Shown here: piece by piece, positions 1-12,102 of the stretch
Position numbering within the stretch: position 1 is the first letter of the stretch
Layout of the letters: every line of letters begins with the position of its first letter
Assembly (NCBI GenBank): GCA_965637545.1
Contig: OZ281499.1
Coordinates: forward strand, 7,936,001-8,000,000
Reading direction: 5' to 3'
Source: Phallusia mammillata
Taxonomy: Eukaryota
DNA length: 64,000 bases
Notes under the pieces: generated by a model
The model's database searches: none
Seen by the model: only the letters and a program-made list of their open reading frames with translations
Told to the model about the DNA's origin: nothing
Program-made: the position numbers and the translations under genes

Positions 1-3000
1 TTAAAGGTGTTTGACGTCAATGAAACCTGAAATTTCTTGGTTCATTAAGACGACAAAATTCTTGGTTAAAACAGAATCAGTCAAGTAATGAATATATATT
101 TCGCCTTAATGACCTTATTTGTTCGTTATATTCACCCGCCATCAAATAATTTTATTGCTAAAATTAACTGTAATATGGTTCCTTTTTTCTTTCAAGCCGG
201 TGAGACGAAAAATATATTGAACTGTAGCCGTTAAACAAAAATATGTTAAACAATATGAACTTGATCAAATCTACTTTTTTTCCCAACCAATTTCAACCAA
301 TTCTTATGTCTTTCGATGGACAACCGGTCTGTCAAGCACTTCGTGAGTGACAACGCGTGGCCAAGTTTCACTTACAAAGCCTTGACGTCCCAAGGTTGAG
401 TGGCTGTTCGTTGTTGCGGCGCAAGTCAATCGTCGGCATTTTAAGCACCACTTTGCCGCCTGTCTTTTGTGTTGTCGTGTTGTGACGGGAGATTAAGAGG
501 CAGGTACTTGCTCATACACTTGCACGTAGACATGCAGGCATGATTGTCCGGGCACTTCGTAATACCGAGTCGCCTGATGACACAGTTATTTCGATGCAAC
601 GAACAAGTCTTTATGCTAATTATAACTTATCACATAAAGATAATTTTTAGCAAAACAATGCATACAAGCAGAACAACCTTCGTCACGTTTGTCACTTTGT
701 TGGAACTTAAAAGCAAATTATCACGTGTTACGATTTTGCAGCATAACTGTTCAACAAAAACTTGAAGCAAGCCCTACAAATTACATTGACTCATAAAAGG
801 TTCCATTAGATTAGCATCATAAGCCATCTTATATGGACCGCATATAATAGCTTTGCCATCTGCAGACGATTAAGCCGTTGCTACGCCAATCCAAACGAGA
901 CGAGTCACAAGTGGGTCAAATTGAAATGTTGCATAAATCACCACCATGGCACCAGACATAATAATGCGGGGCTTTAAAAGCCGTCTTTGTTCATCTGCTC
1001 CCTGAGTAATGGTGATTTCCTAGCCGAATGTGTGTTTAGCGGGTACCCGGGGGTCCCGACGACACAGGCTGTGCTTTGTGCTTGAGTTATGACTCACGGC
1101 CAAGCGGCAAAGCCAATTGTGGGTGCAGATGTTGCAACTCGGCAATGATGCAACGATTGGCGCTCATCATCCATTTGGTGATGTAACTGTATGGTGACAT
1201 AAAATTCGTGCCATTAAATCTACTCAAAAAAGTCAATTTGCATTACAAGACTCGTTTGATTTGACAACTCTGTCCATTAAACTGGTCTATGAAGTAATAC
1301 GTTTTTAGCGACTCTAATAGCCTAACATATCCGGTCTTCATGTTGAATAATGCATATTAAGGGCAATCATGATGCATCATTGTGTAAACACTTGCCACAG
1401 TGCAAGAGCTTAAACAACAGTTACCTCGGCGCGGTTAGGCTATTTGTACGATGTCATATTTGCAAATCCGTTTTGTGGCGTAACCGATTCTTTCCGTTGA
1501 TGTTTGTTAAACGGCGTAGAATGGCCCTTTGTGCTGAACTGAAGTGCCAATTTCCTTCTGCGGGTGCCAGTCCCAACACACGACCCCGGAAATATGCGCA
1601 TGGATCGGCGGCATCTGTCAACACAAAACAACGGCAGAATATCTTTCAAATGCTGGATGTAGTATAGGACAAATGCCACCTTCGAGCAAATAGAAAGGGA
1701 ACTGTTTTTGGCGACAGCTCCTTTTGTTATAGATGAGTAACATAATCGTGTTTACGTTTGAGCGGAAGTAGACAACAATGGCTTCGACTGGCGGGTTGAA
1801 ATGACGTATTGCCTAAGAATAGAAAGTGATAAATTAGTGATACTGTACAAATGAATTGAAATTTGTCATGACCCAGCGAAATGGTCCAGTATAAACTAAC
1901 TGGGTCGCAAACTTAATGGTTAATTCAATAATCCGATGTCATTTTAAAATTTCAAGTCAAGTTTATTTTGTTTATTAATTACGAACAAAACATTTCAAAG
2001 GACGTAATATAACATGCGCGACGTCTGATGAAACACAAAATACAAAACAAAAATTCTGATTTAACTTTTAAGGCGACTTGAGTGGGGGTTTCCAATTAGA
2101 CAATGGGATCCAACATAAAAACAGCTGCACTTTAACTTAACCAACCTTCTTACTTCAAACTGTTTACATCCGGCATGCGATGTGTTACAGAAACTAAATA
2201 CCTTGAACACATCAACGTTTTTAACATCTTTTGGTCCTTACTTATAATTGGAGTGAAACACGGATGCCAAATTTACTCTACATCCGTTCACAGAGTCGAA
2301 TTATACTTTCCCACACAGATAGTCCCGTACGTGATAAAAATGAACCTTGTTTGTCGACTAAACATCGCAGAACGATGCACAGGTGGACTATAAATCCTGT
2401 CATGTGACGCAGCTTCAATGAACCGTGACATGACGTCATTGTTGCGAAAGTCCCCACATTGTAATTAGGGTTGGCCCGATACCCAGTGTTTAATCCGATA
2501 CCAGTGCACGATATCTTCAACAAAAAGTACTGCGATCCGATACTTTAGTGACTACATGTAACATAGTATTATTCACTTTAAAATCATGTTCACTTTCTGA
2601 CCATGTTGTAACAGCACAACAAACCAAAATTTTGATCGACGCATTGAATTTCGAATGAGAAAGTGTGATGCAGGTGTTTGTTCTTTCAACGATATGTTTG
2701 TGTCTTTATAAAATTTTCGGCTTTTAAGTCGTTTTAAACAGTCACAAATCATGCAATTGATGTAAAATTGACCCAAAACAGATATATTTTTGCCGAATTC
2801 ATTTCGCATTTTGTTGTTGTCGAAATGATTCAGACAGGCGGAAATGCATTGTGCGTTCGTTTCCTACAAATGCCTGCCACCACCTTATATACCTCAGTTT
2901 GCGACAGAATTTACGCAGCGCGAACGCAATTGGCGATTAGATGAGACAACAACTTCCACACTTCCGTAACAGTGGCTACACCTAAGCCAGCTCAGTCTTT

Positions 3001-3373
3001 ATTTAGTCTCGTCCCAGCCTTTGCAGCGAGTTTGCAAAAAGTCCGTTTCCTCTATTAATCAGTAAGTAACTGTTGTGAGTCACGTTGCAATTGGTTTCTC
3101 GCATCAGCAGTCTTTCTCGGTAAACTTTTGACCGCAGTTTTCATGTCAGTGCGTCATAAGTGCACAGGTCGAAAACAATCAACACTGATTTTGGCACTCT
3201 TTGTTTGAAAGGGGTTAATGTGTCACAATATGCTTTTTAACAAATTAACTATAAATCAGCGCATTGGTAAATATTGGTAAGTACACAGCAGAGGATAATA
3301 ATATATAACGGTAATTGGTTTCACCATGTCGATCTTTTAAGGCAGCAAAGATTCACCATTGATTTGTCTAATT

Positions 3374-3681
3374 CAGTGGTTCCCAACCGGGGTGCCGCGG
3401 CACCCTGGGGTGCCAATTGAAGTGGTCAAGGGTGCCGCGATATATTGCAATATTGCAGTCCATTATTTATTTTTAACCCGTTAAGTGCGGAATTTATTTA
3501 TTTCTAACCGAGTTTCAGTGCGTATCAAGTTTCGCGTCTCGCAGTTATTCCCGGCTCCTTGTTTCATACAGTTATTTGAAATACAGAAACCTCAAAAAAT
3601 TGATCCAGTTTTGCCAGGGTGCCGCAAACTATTTATCTCTTTGATAGGGTGCCGCAAGGTCAAAAAGGTAGGGAACCACTG
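3374..3681. mobile_element. Non-autonomous hAT (Charlie-type) MITE
   Basis: Termini CAGTGGTTCCC...GGGAACCACTG; exact 8-bp TSD GTCTAATT (3366-3373 / 3682-3689). Confidence 0.93.
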
Positions 3682-4299
3682 GTCTAATTAGTTGTTTTAA
3701 CCACACATAGCACAACAAACCAAATGTTCGTATTCAGTTTAATTTTGCTCTAAAGCACGGTGCCAATATAGGTCAGGGCGTTAAACAACCAAACAGTCTC
3801 TTCGTTTGATTCGAATAATTAATTTTCGGTGTTTTGCTGGGGTGTTCTTCAAAGAGTTACCATAAAAGTAATTTAAGTAAAGCGGGTGTATTGATGTTAT
3901 AAAGGAGTAGCAAGCCCTCCAAGCGAGCGTAAAATTCGCACCCTGATATCGCCTGACAAGAGCTGTTGCCAAAATATGATAATTGGGGACACTATAAACT
4001 TAGGCTTGTCACAATCCGCACCTTAAATCGTCAATGTTTTGAAACTTTTCCCAAGCCTTTACAGTCAATAAACAGAGTCACGTTTTGGCTTATAACAAAC
4101 GTTTGGAGTCAACTGTCAACACAACAGTTGCAATAGACAACACTGTAATTAAATCAAAACGAAAACCTACTATTATTATTGACTGTTCTGCCTAGTATTA
4201 TTTTTAACTGTTGGTGCTATTTAGGGAATAAAATCAACCAGGCGTGACGTTCACTGTCTCGCTTTATTGATTTTAGGTTGGAAGTCTGTTTATCTAAAG

Positions 4300-4972
4300 C
4301 AGGGGTGTCCAACCTTTTCGGCCTAAGGGCCACATGCGGTTTACGAATGATTGCGCGGGCCACTTGAGTGTTACTGCTAATTTGGAATCTTAGAAATAGC
4401 TGTCTTATAATTTCTAATTAAAATCGTCATACCGAAATTCTAATCTTGGACGATGGAGCAATGCGCAGCGATTTTTCCATATGGCTGTCAGAAATTACTG
4501 ATCTTACAGGGGATTTAATGTCACATGTCAACCTTTCTTGGAAAGTTCTGTTAGCGTTACTTGCTTTTTGTTTCCTGTTTGGCATAATCTATATCACTGC
4601 AGAGTGCGGAAGATGTTTTTTTTGCTAAATGCGTTTTGCGCAAGTCTCTGATACCAGATGTATCTCAATGAACCAAGAAATATTACTGACTGACTCTTGA
4701 AGCACCAGTCAGATTGTGACGTAATAAGTAGAAATTGTGATGCGTAACAATGTGCATTGTGACGTAACTTGAACAGTTGTGTATTACTACTCTATTAACA
4801 AAAAAATAAAGCAGCAAACAATAAATGCCAATTTTTCGGAATGAAAGTTCACCATAAATTACGTAGGCGATTAAGTTGCCAATATGAGTCATTTCAAAAA
4901 ATACCACGCGGGCCACTCAAAACCTTCCGGCGGCCCACATGTGGCCCGCGGGCCACGGGTTGGACACCCCTG
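4300..4972. mobile_element. Non-autonomous hAT (Charlie-type) element
   Basis: TIR CAGGGGTGTCCAACC / GGTTGGACACCCCTG; exact TSD ATCTAAAG (4292-4299 / 4973-4980). Confidence 0.93.
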
Positions 4973-5322
4973 ATCTAAAGGTTATGAGTTCATAATTGAT
5001 ACCCCTCAGTCTTCGCGCAATAAGGCAAGTCACATAAAACGTGACTTGGTACCAACAATGTTCAGCTTGCGTCGAAAGGTTGTGAAACACGGGTTTATGA
5101 TCAAAGGCGTGCCTTTTATTTGCTATGGGAAGTGCCTTACCATTAATTTTAGATCAAGCCTGCTTTCTCACATGTATGTCATCAATAGCATGTGTGATAA
5201 AAGTACTACAGACATACAAGATACAAATATCCTTAATATCAATGGTTGATGTTGTGCTTGTAGGCATTGTGAAGCCCTTACTGCCATGTTAAATGAGGCC
5301 TCTTCAAACGGTAGCTCTAATA

Positions 5323-5910
5323 CAGCGGTTCCCAACCTTTCTGGTGCCGTGACCCCTTAAAACAGTTCCCAAGTTGCAGTGACCCCAACGATAAAATTAG
5401 CAGGCTTTATTGAATTTGCTTCTAAATATCGCGAACTTTATTTCTCACTATACTTTCTTTTCCTAATACTTGTCTTTCGATGCATCACTGACAGCGTGAA
5501 ATTTTACTCATTAAATTTCAGTTTAGTTGACTATTAAGTTATAATTAGAGGATAGTGATATTATCGCGAGAATGTAACACAAGTTGGCAGCTGACTTGGT
5601 GATTATGATTATGTGAATGCAGTATTATTACGTAATAAAAGGCAATAATCAGCATTTTGTGAAAACAATTAAGTCTTCAAAAAAGAAAGATCCACCCCAG
5701 CTGTAGTTATTAGTTTTCATACGAGTTAACAAACCATGGCGGAAAGGCATGTTGATAACTGTTCTTTCGGTTTTTATTTGCTAAATTAGTCCACGGCTTA
5801 AAATGAGTTGGAAGCCATGGCCTTAGGCGAGGCAAAAAAAAAAAAAATTCCCCAGGCAAATTGTCAGGCGACCCCACTTGGGGTCGCGACCCACAGGTTG
5901 GGAACCGCTG
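5323..5910. mobile_element. Non-autonomous hAT (Charlie-type) element
   Basis: TIR CAGCGGTTCCCAACC / GGTTGGGAACCGCTG; exact TSD CTCTAATA (5315-5322 / 5911-5918). Confidence 0.93.
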
Positions 5911-5992
5911 CTCTAATATTTTGTACAAAATGTCTGGTATGTGTCTTGGTATCATGTTTACAATGTTAATCGAATCTCACTTTGTTTTTCAG

Positions 5993-8900
5993 TTGTTCAC
6001 TGTGGTGCCCACGCGTATAACGCAAAGTACTTTTCAAAATATTACAGTCCACGCTATATGGACTTAAACGTGGCCAAATACGCCAATCAGGTATGTAAAC
6101 ATCATTCTGTGTTTATTTACAATCGATACAAGAAGCTATGTACATTGATGGAAATATGTTTTTATGTTAAGAACCCGATTGCTATGATATTTACAACGGT
6201 GGCCGGTATAACAGGTTTGATGTTGGTCGTCTGTTTGGTTTTGATATCAACCTACGCTTCTAAACCACTCAGGTTAGATTTTGTTGTTTATTTTTGTTCA
6301 GACTTTTTCAAATGCTAGATTAAACCCAAAAGATTTCATAATAATCAGTTTTTATAATTTTTGGTCATGTTTTTTAGTTGTAAGGTATTCCTTATCTTCA
6401 CGTAAAGAAGTGTTTTAAATTACGCCGTTTAGACATCTCACATCAGAGTACTCAATTTGTTGATATACTGTTTGGCAAGAAATGTTCATACTGTTTTGCA
6501 AGATACAAGTTAATATTATTTCGTACCTTAAGATGATCTGTTTACGACTTTTCCCCTTGTTTTCAGGAAAAACAATCATGACCGATTTTGGAAATCCCAT
6601 CATCTATTTATCGTTTTCTACGTTGTTTTGTTTCTACACGGTTTAGAGTAAGTCCATTTTTGTTCATCAGTGTGAACTACGTAACTGGATCTACAGACCA
6701 TCAAACCCATTTTGACAAGCGTTTCCTAGATGTGTTTTTGATGATTTCATACCATCGTAATCGTTTTACCGTAATCGGCTTTAAAAGCGTTCGTAACCAG
6801 ATTCCAATCTTATAGCTCATTTAAGCAACATTTTTAACGCTTTTATGTTAAATCCACAGCGGAGTCATAAAATACCAGACTAACGTCGTAGAGCATCAAC
6901 CGGGCTGTTACTTAGAAATGGGTTCAAGAAACGAAACCTCAAGCCCACAACTGGTTATGCCCGAACCGGAACCATACCCAATGCCAGAAGTGCACTTGGA
7001 ATCCACGGAATACAAGAAGCAGGCACAAATGCCTAAGAAATTCGCCATGGGGCAAAAGTCCGCGAAAAAAATGAACAACAACAAGCGCATTGTAATGCCT
7101 GAACCCGAGCCAGCAATGGTTAATGTTGCCCGCGAGCGTCACCATGCGGCCGGTGAGCCGGAGCCAATGCCGGAAAATACAGCGATGGAAAATGGTGTTC
7201 GCAGAATTTTCCTCCATGGGGAATGGGTGGAGGTTAAAGAATGCGATCAACCGCCTCCCAAATTCGCATCCTGCCCTAGAGAAGTAAGTAGATTTGGTAT
7301 AGTGAGGGTATTTATATATCCGTGTATCACAGTAATTTTACAGTAACAACGATATCATTGCTTTATTGTTAAGTATTATGCTGTGTTTAAACGAATGTTA
7401 TGTAATTTTTCAGACCTGGATTTGGCTTTGCTTTCCGCTTTTTCTTTACATCCTTGAACGGGTGCTTCGGTACTTTTACGCATCCAACACCGACGCTACT
7501 ATTGTCGGGTACACGCTGCATCCTAGTGACGTCATTGAACTAAGATTGATCAAGAAAAACTTTTCAGCCAAAGCTGGTCAGGTAAGATTATCCTCTGTTG
7601 AAAAGAATACATTTTTAAAGTGATTAAATACTAAAATGATTAAAATGATTAAATATGCTTAATATTTGGTCCCGCAAAATTCCTCTAGAAGTTTAGAAGT
7701 TTAAAATTTGTGCTCTAATTTCATTTTTTGCCTGCAGAGCATTTGGATTCGTTGTCCTCTTGTTTCAAGAGTGGAGTCACACCCATTTACACTTACTTCA
7801 ATTCCTACCAAGGAAGACCCCACTTTTAGTATTCACATTAAAGTTTGTGGAGAACTTTCTTGGACCCGTAAGTTTCCACATGGATTTTGACACTATACTT
7901 TGTGTTATGCTCAGCAGTGTTTGTATACACAAGTGTTTTGTAGCAAATAACGCATGTCATTGAAAGTATACCTTAAAAAGTCCTACATTACATAAGAAAA
8001 CATTTGGAAAACGGTATTTGTGCTTTTTAGGTGAATTTCGAGATGTGATTACACAATCTGATTGGAATTCTTACCAGCAACGCAAAGTGTCAAGTGAGCA
8101 GAGTTACCAATTAGGCGACAAATGTGAAAAACGCGACAGCCGTTCCGACCAAGTTGAAATCCAACTTAATACCCCATCTAGCAATTCCGTAATAAATGAT
8201 GTCGAGACAGCTTCTCTGTATGATAACCATCACTGTGAAGAAGTAAGAAGCCAGATTAGTGATTGCGAAATATCATCGGACTCTCATATGCCAAAAATGA
8301 CTTCAAATGATGCAAAAGTGCAAGTCGACGTCGTTAGAAAGGATTGCCATGAAATGGATGTTCCTGTTTTCCCAACGGTTTTCGTCGAAGGTCCGACAGG
8401 TAGCGCTATGGAAGACGTATTCAAGTTTAAAACTGTTGTTTGCTTCGCCGGTGGAATTGGAGTAACACCGTTTGCCTCTGTTCTCAATTCTCTCAGGTAC
8501 CCCAAACATACCTATTTGCTACTTCTTTTGTTTCTTTACTGAAATGAATGTATTGAAAAATATATACAGGGCGATTTGTGTTTTGTTGTTTAAGCTTCTA
8601 TGTTTAGTAGCACGTCACACAATGCAACCTGATATAATAATTTTTGTATTGAATTTCAGGACGGACCCAACTTTGCTTTCAAAGATAAAACTTGAGCGAC
8701 TCCATTTGGTTTGGGCCTGTCGGGACGTTGCGTCGTTTGAATGGTTCGCAAACCTGTTGCAGGAACTCCAACAAAAGGTGTGTTGACGTACTTTTGCAGC
8801 TATGTAGTTCGCAAAACAAAAATAACAAACCTATTAAATTTGAAAGTTTACGCCTAGGGTCACCAAACTTTTTCACAGTGGGTCGCATGGCTTACAAGCC

Positions 8901-9851
8901 GTAGTTTTCACGAATAGTTGTGGTAATGACACGCGAGGGTCGCATGGCTGACCAACCTTTTCCTAATTGGAACACGCGAAGCGATTTTTAAATAAATTTT
9001 AAAAATGTGTGGAATGTATAATCGTCTCCTCCAAGCAATATTCCTTTATTCCATCACATGTAACAAAAGAAGGCTATGGTTCGCGCACAATTACGATATT
9101 CATTGCTTTTGTCTGTGACAAAACAATAACTGCTTTAGATCATTTCTATGCCTTGTAGCAATCCTGTGGGACTTGAAAAATTTGTTATAAAAACCATTTT
9201 CTGTATACTTTACCGTATTACGTTATAAAATGCTGTATACGTTTTGTTAAACCAAAAGTATATTCGTCGTGCTATGGTGAACCAGGATTCAAACTAACAA
9301 CAATATACATTAAGAGGGTCTAACTCACGTCACTCAATATTATTGAGTCAAATAAAGGCCTACAGAATAACAAGTTTGAACCTATTGTCTAACAAGGCTT
9401 TCAAACGCAACTTATAAAACGTATTTTTCAGTTGTGGACACACAACGTTCCTGATTTTCTGAGCGTAAGCCTTTATTCAACCAATCCAAACGTCGATATT
9501 GAAGAAGGAAGAAAACGGTTTGGACTGGAACGATGCCATTTACGCGCTGGACGACCTGACATTGCGGAAGTCTTAAAGGAAACTGGTCATTGTCATCCAA
9601 GGTACACCATACGTTGTGTTACCTATTGTGTATGGTATTGACTTTTCGTGTAGGCCTATAAGAGGTGTAAGACATTTAAAATGAATTTGGTGTTTGCTTT
9701 ATGAACTTAACACAACTTTCGCTTTTACAGGCAAACCGTTGGAGTTTTCTGTTGTGGCCCAGCGGGTTTTACATCCTCCGTTCGTCAGCAGTGCTTTCAA
9801 ACTACCTCATCCAGCAAAGCTCGGTTCGTTTTCAACAAAGAGTCGTTCTAA
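5993..9851 (+). CDS. NOX4: NADPH oxidase 4-like (5' exons for TM1-TM2 not located in window)
   Basis: Ten exons with GT-AG ends and consistent phases: 5993-6090, 6172-6272, 6567-6647, 6860-7283, 7414-7581, 7738-7867, 8031-8496, 8660-8777, 9432-9601, 9731-9851 (TAA). Motifs: heme His HCGAH and SHHLF..FLHG; [12 protein letters not shown] (human NOX4 YQTNLDTHPPGC); FAD-binding HPFTLTS; NADPH-binding [13 protein letters not shown]; terminal VFCCGP..FNKESF*. Confidence 0.92.
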
Positions 9852-10212
9852 AATGTTCCTTCCTTAAAAAGGATCCAGCTCAAATTGTTACTTCATAAAA
9901 CTCCAAGTATCTGCCAACAACTTCATGCGTGCAACATTGTTTTACTTTTTACCGCCGCCTTTTCCATATTTATTTTTTCTACTTGTGCCTTCAAGTTCCA
10001 TAAGCTGATTTTATGGAACAGTTGCCATTTAATTTATATCTATTTATCGTTTTTTTAGATTGTGACTAATTTGCGTTTTTAACATATGCAGTATTTTTTC
10101 TGTCCTTTTCTCAGCATTACACGTTAGAAAATTCGTTCCATTTTCGTACATACGTAACCAACACTGTATGATTTGAAATACAGGGTCAGCATTTTGCAAC
10201 GTTGGTATTTGC

Positions 10213-10218
10213 AATAAA
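10213..10218 (+). promoter_or_regulatory. Candidate polyadenylation signal (AATAAA) of NOX4
   Basis: First AATAAA downstream of the NOX4 stop codon at 9851. Confidence 0.45.
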
Positions 10219-10692
10219 ATGTCTCATTTCAAAACAAATTCAGTCCCTTTGCTGAAGCAGAAAAAAGATCAGTTATGTAACTTGATGTAGCTTTCAAGTG
10301 AAAAACTATTCAATTAATCAAGAGCAGAGAAAATATTTACATGTAACTTTTACAGAATGGAAATTGGTGTACCTTCTTGACCAAAATAAAACTTATTTAG
10401 TTTTAGGCATTTAGTCCACATATAGCAAAACCGCATATTTTTAGTCAATATATTTTTTACCTTTGTTACAACATCACTATTTAGAAGACAATTTCTAAGA
10501 ACATACACAGTATGCAACAAACTAAAAATGTTCTGTCTCATATACAATAAGTGGAACAGGAAAAAATATAAAAGACAAAAAGGAAAACAAATACCTCAGG
10601 GAAATTTATATGTACAGGAAAGGCGATGTATAGTTCAATCAAAAGTATACACACAGTCATAAAACTGACAACAATTTACAGTTTACTGTGGT

Positions 10693-11592
10693 TTAAAATG
10701 GGGCCAAAGCCTGGGGCAAAAATGTACCAGCAGGTCCCTCAAAGTGATACTTAAAACAATCAGTTGCAGGAGTGGATTCAAGGTTGAATTCAGCCACTGT
10801 AACACCCCTTAAAGCTACTTGTGGTGCATACATAGCAGCTGGGTATACAACTGATGATGTGCCCACCACAAGACATAGATCACACAAATCAATGTGACCT
10901 GCAGCACTTTGCGTTACATCCTTATCCAAACCTTCACCAAACCATACAACATGGGGCCTGGCTAGGCCATTACATTTTCCACATCTTGGTAGTTCTGCAG
11001 CAGGTATTGCAGCATCAGGGTTTGAAGGATCTGGTTCTCCTTTACCACGCAATGCTTCACAAATAGGGCTATCCCTATTTTCACAAACTTCACCACACAC
11101 TGTGCATCTGATTTTGAATAAAGTCCCATGTAGCTCAATGATGTTTTTCGATCCTGCTTTTTTGTGTAACTCATCAATATTCTGAGTAACCACAACCACA
11201 TTTTTTCCTTCTTTGGTCATGCGCTCCTCATAATCTGCAATAGCTTTATGTGCAGCATTGGGATGCTTGGAGTTCATTACCTCTCTTCTATGATGGTAGA
11301 ACTCCCAAACTAGTGAAGGATTTTCTGAAAACGCTTCCGGGGTTGCAAGTTGTTGTGCTTGCCATTTTCGCCAGTAACCTCCAGCACCACGAAATGTGGG
11401 TACACCACTCTCTGCACTTACGCCAGCACCAGATAAAATCAGTACATGTTTTGCATCTTTTACCTCTTGTCGGAAGGCGGCCATATCTGAACTTGGGCGT
11501 TCGGCAGCCATTCCAGGTAATATCTTTGTTAGCAAACTGCTACAAAACCGTGTGTTGAATAGCTGTGTTGCCTGCAGCCAGCACAGAACCAT
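10693..11592 (-). CDS. SIRT5: NAD-dependent protein deacylase sirtuin-5 (single coding exon)
   Basis: Uninterrupted ORF with [24 protein letters not shown] (Tyr/Arg pair equivalent to human SIRT5 Y102/R105), [10 protein letters not shown] catalytic His, CxxC...CxxC Zn site, RPHVVWFGE and [10 protein letters not shown]. Likely start is Met at 11592 (leader resembling a mitochondrial transit peptide) or Met at 11511. Confidence 0.95.
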   Translation of the reverse strand: MVLCWLQATQLFNTRFCSSLLTKILPGMAAERPSSDMAAFRQEVKDAKHVLILSGAGVSAESGVPTFRGAGGYWRKWQAQQLATPEAFSENPSLVWEFYHHRREVMNSKHPNAAHKAIADYEERMTKEGKNVVVVTQNIDELHKKAGSKNIIELHGTLFKIRCTVCGEVCENRDSPICEALRGKGEPDPSNPDAAIPAAELPRCGKCNGLARPHVVWFGEGLDKDVTQSAAGHIDLCDLCLVVGTSSVVYPAAMYAPQVALRGVTVAEFNLESTPATDCFKYHFEGPAGTFLPQALAPF

Positions 11593-12102
11593 ATTACAAA
11601 CAAAACCCGTCACGTTCCAATTTCCATCTATGGCATCTTTTTTTCTATGACGAACAATAGTACGAGAACATGTGTGCACTCAAGTGTGACGATTTTTTTT
11701 GCTCTGTGTTTTGGTGATTGCAGTCGCATAAGCATGCATTTTTTTGTATTCTATAGTTTTACCTTGCACTTATGGCTGTACATGGCACTACAAAGTATAT
11801 GGCTTGTAATAAAAGTTTTAAGCTAAGCTATGGACGAAGACCTTCTTACGTACGTACACTGTCTATTGTTTTCCTATGTATTATTGTTGCCTGTTTTGGT
11901 TGGGCACATGGGCGGCAAGCGGCATAATTTGTACAGAACTCGAAATAAACTCAACTCGAACTGAAATTTGTTCACTTATATTAAGTTCTATCATGTATTA
12001 TGCTTTAAAATTTCATCAAAATGTAAAAAACTTAATTTTATCTTTATTTCCAACAAGTAGACCAAATTATGTTAACTTGTTGCAATATTTTTAAAAATTG
12101 AC
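11593..12102. promoter_or_regulatory. Probable bidirectional promoter between SIRT5 (-) and the RRM/matrin-finger gene (+)
   Basis: Divergent start codons lie only ~510 bp apart; promoter function is inferred from this geometry only. Confidence 0.5.

Noticed and set aside
8864-8965. TAGGGTCACCAAACTTTTT start resembling a hAT TIR in a NOX4 intron (similar lone end at ~2466, TAGGGTTGGCCCGATAC)
   Set aside because: No matching opposite TIR or TSD found; too decayed to delimit as a feature.
10854-11650. Additional ORFs overlapping SIRT5 on both strands (10854-11066, 10962-11201, 11250-11558, 11396-11650)
   Set aside because: Shadow or alternate frames of a real coding exon, with no independent motifs.
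11593-11679. N-terminal extension of the computed SIRT5 ORF (MHTCSRTIV...)
   Set aside because: Starts at a non-ATG codon and shows no sirtuin or transit-peptide character; ATG at 11592 or 11511 is preferred.
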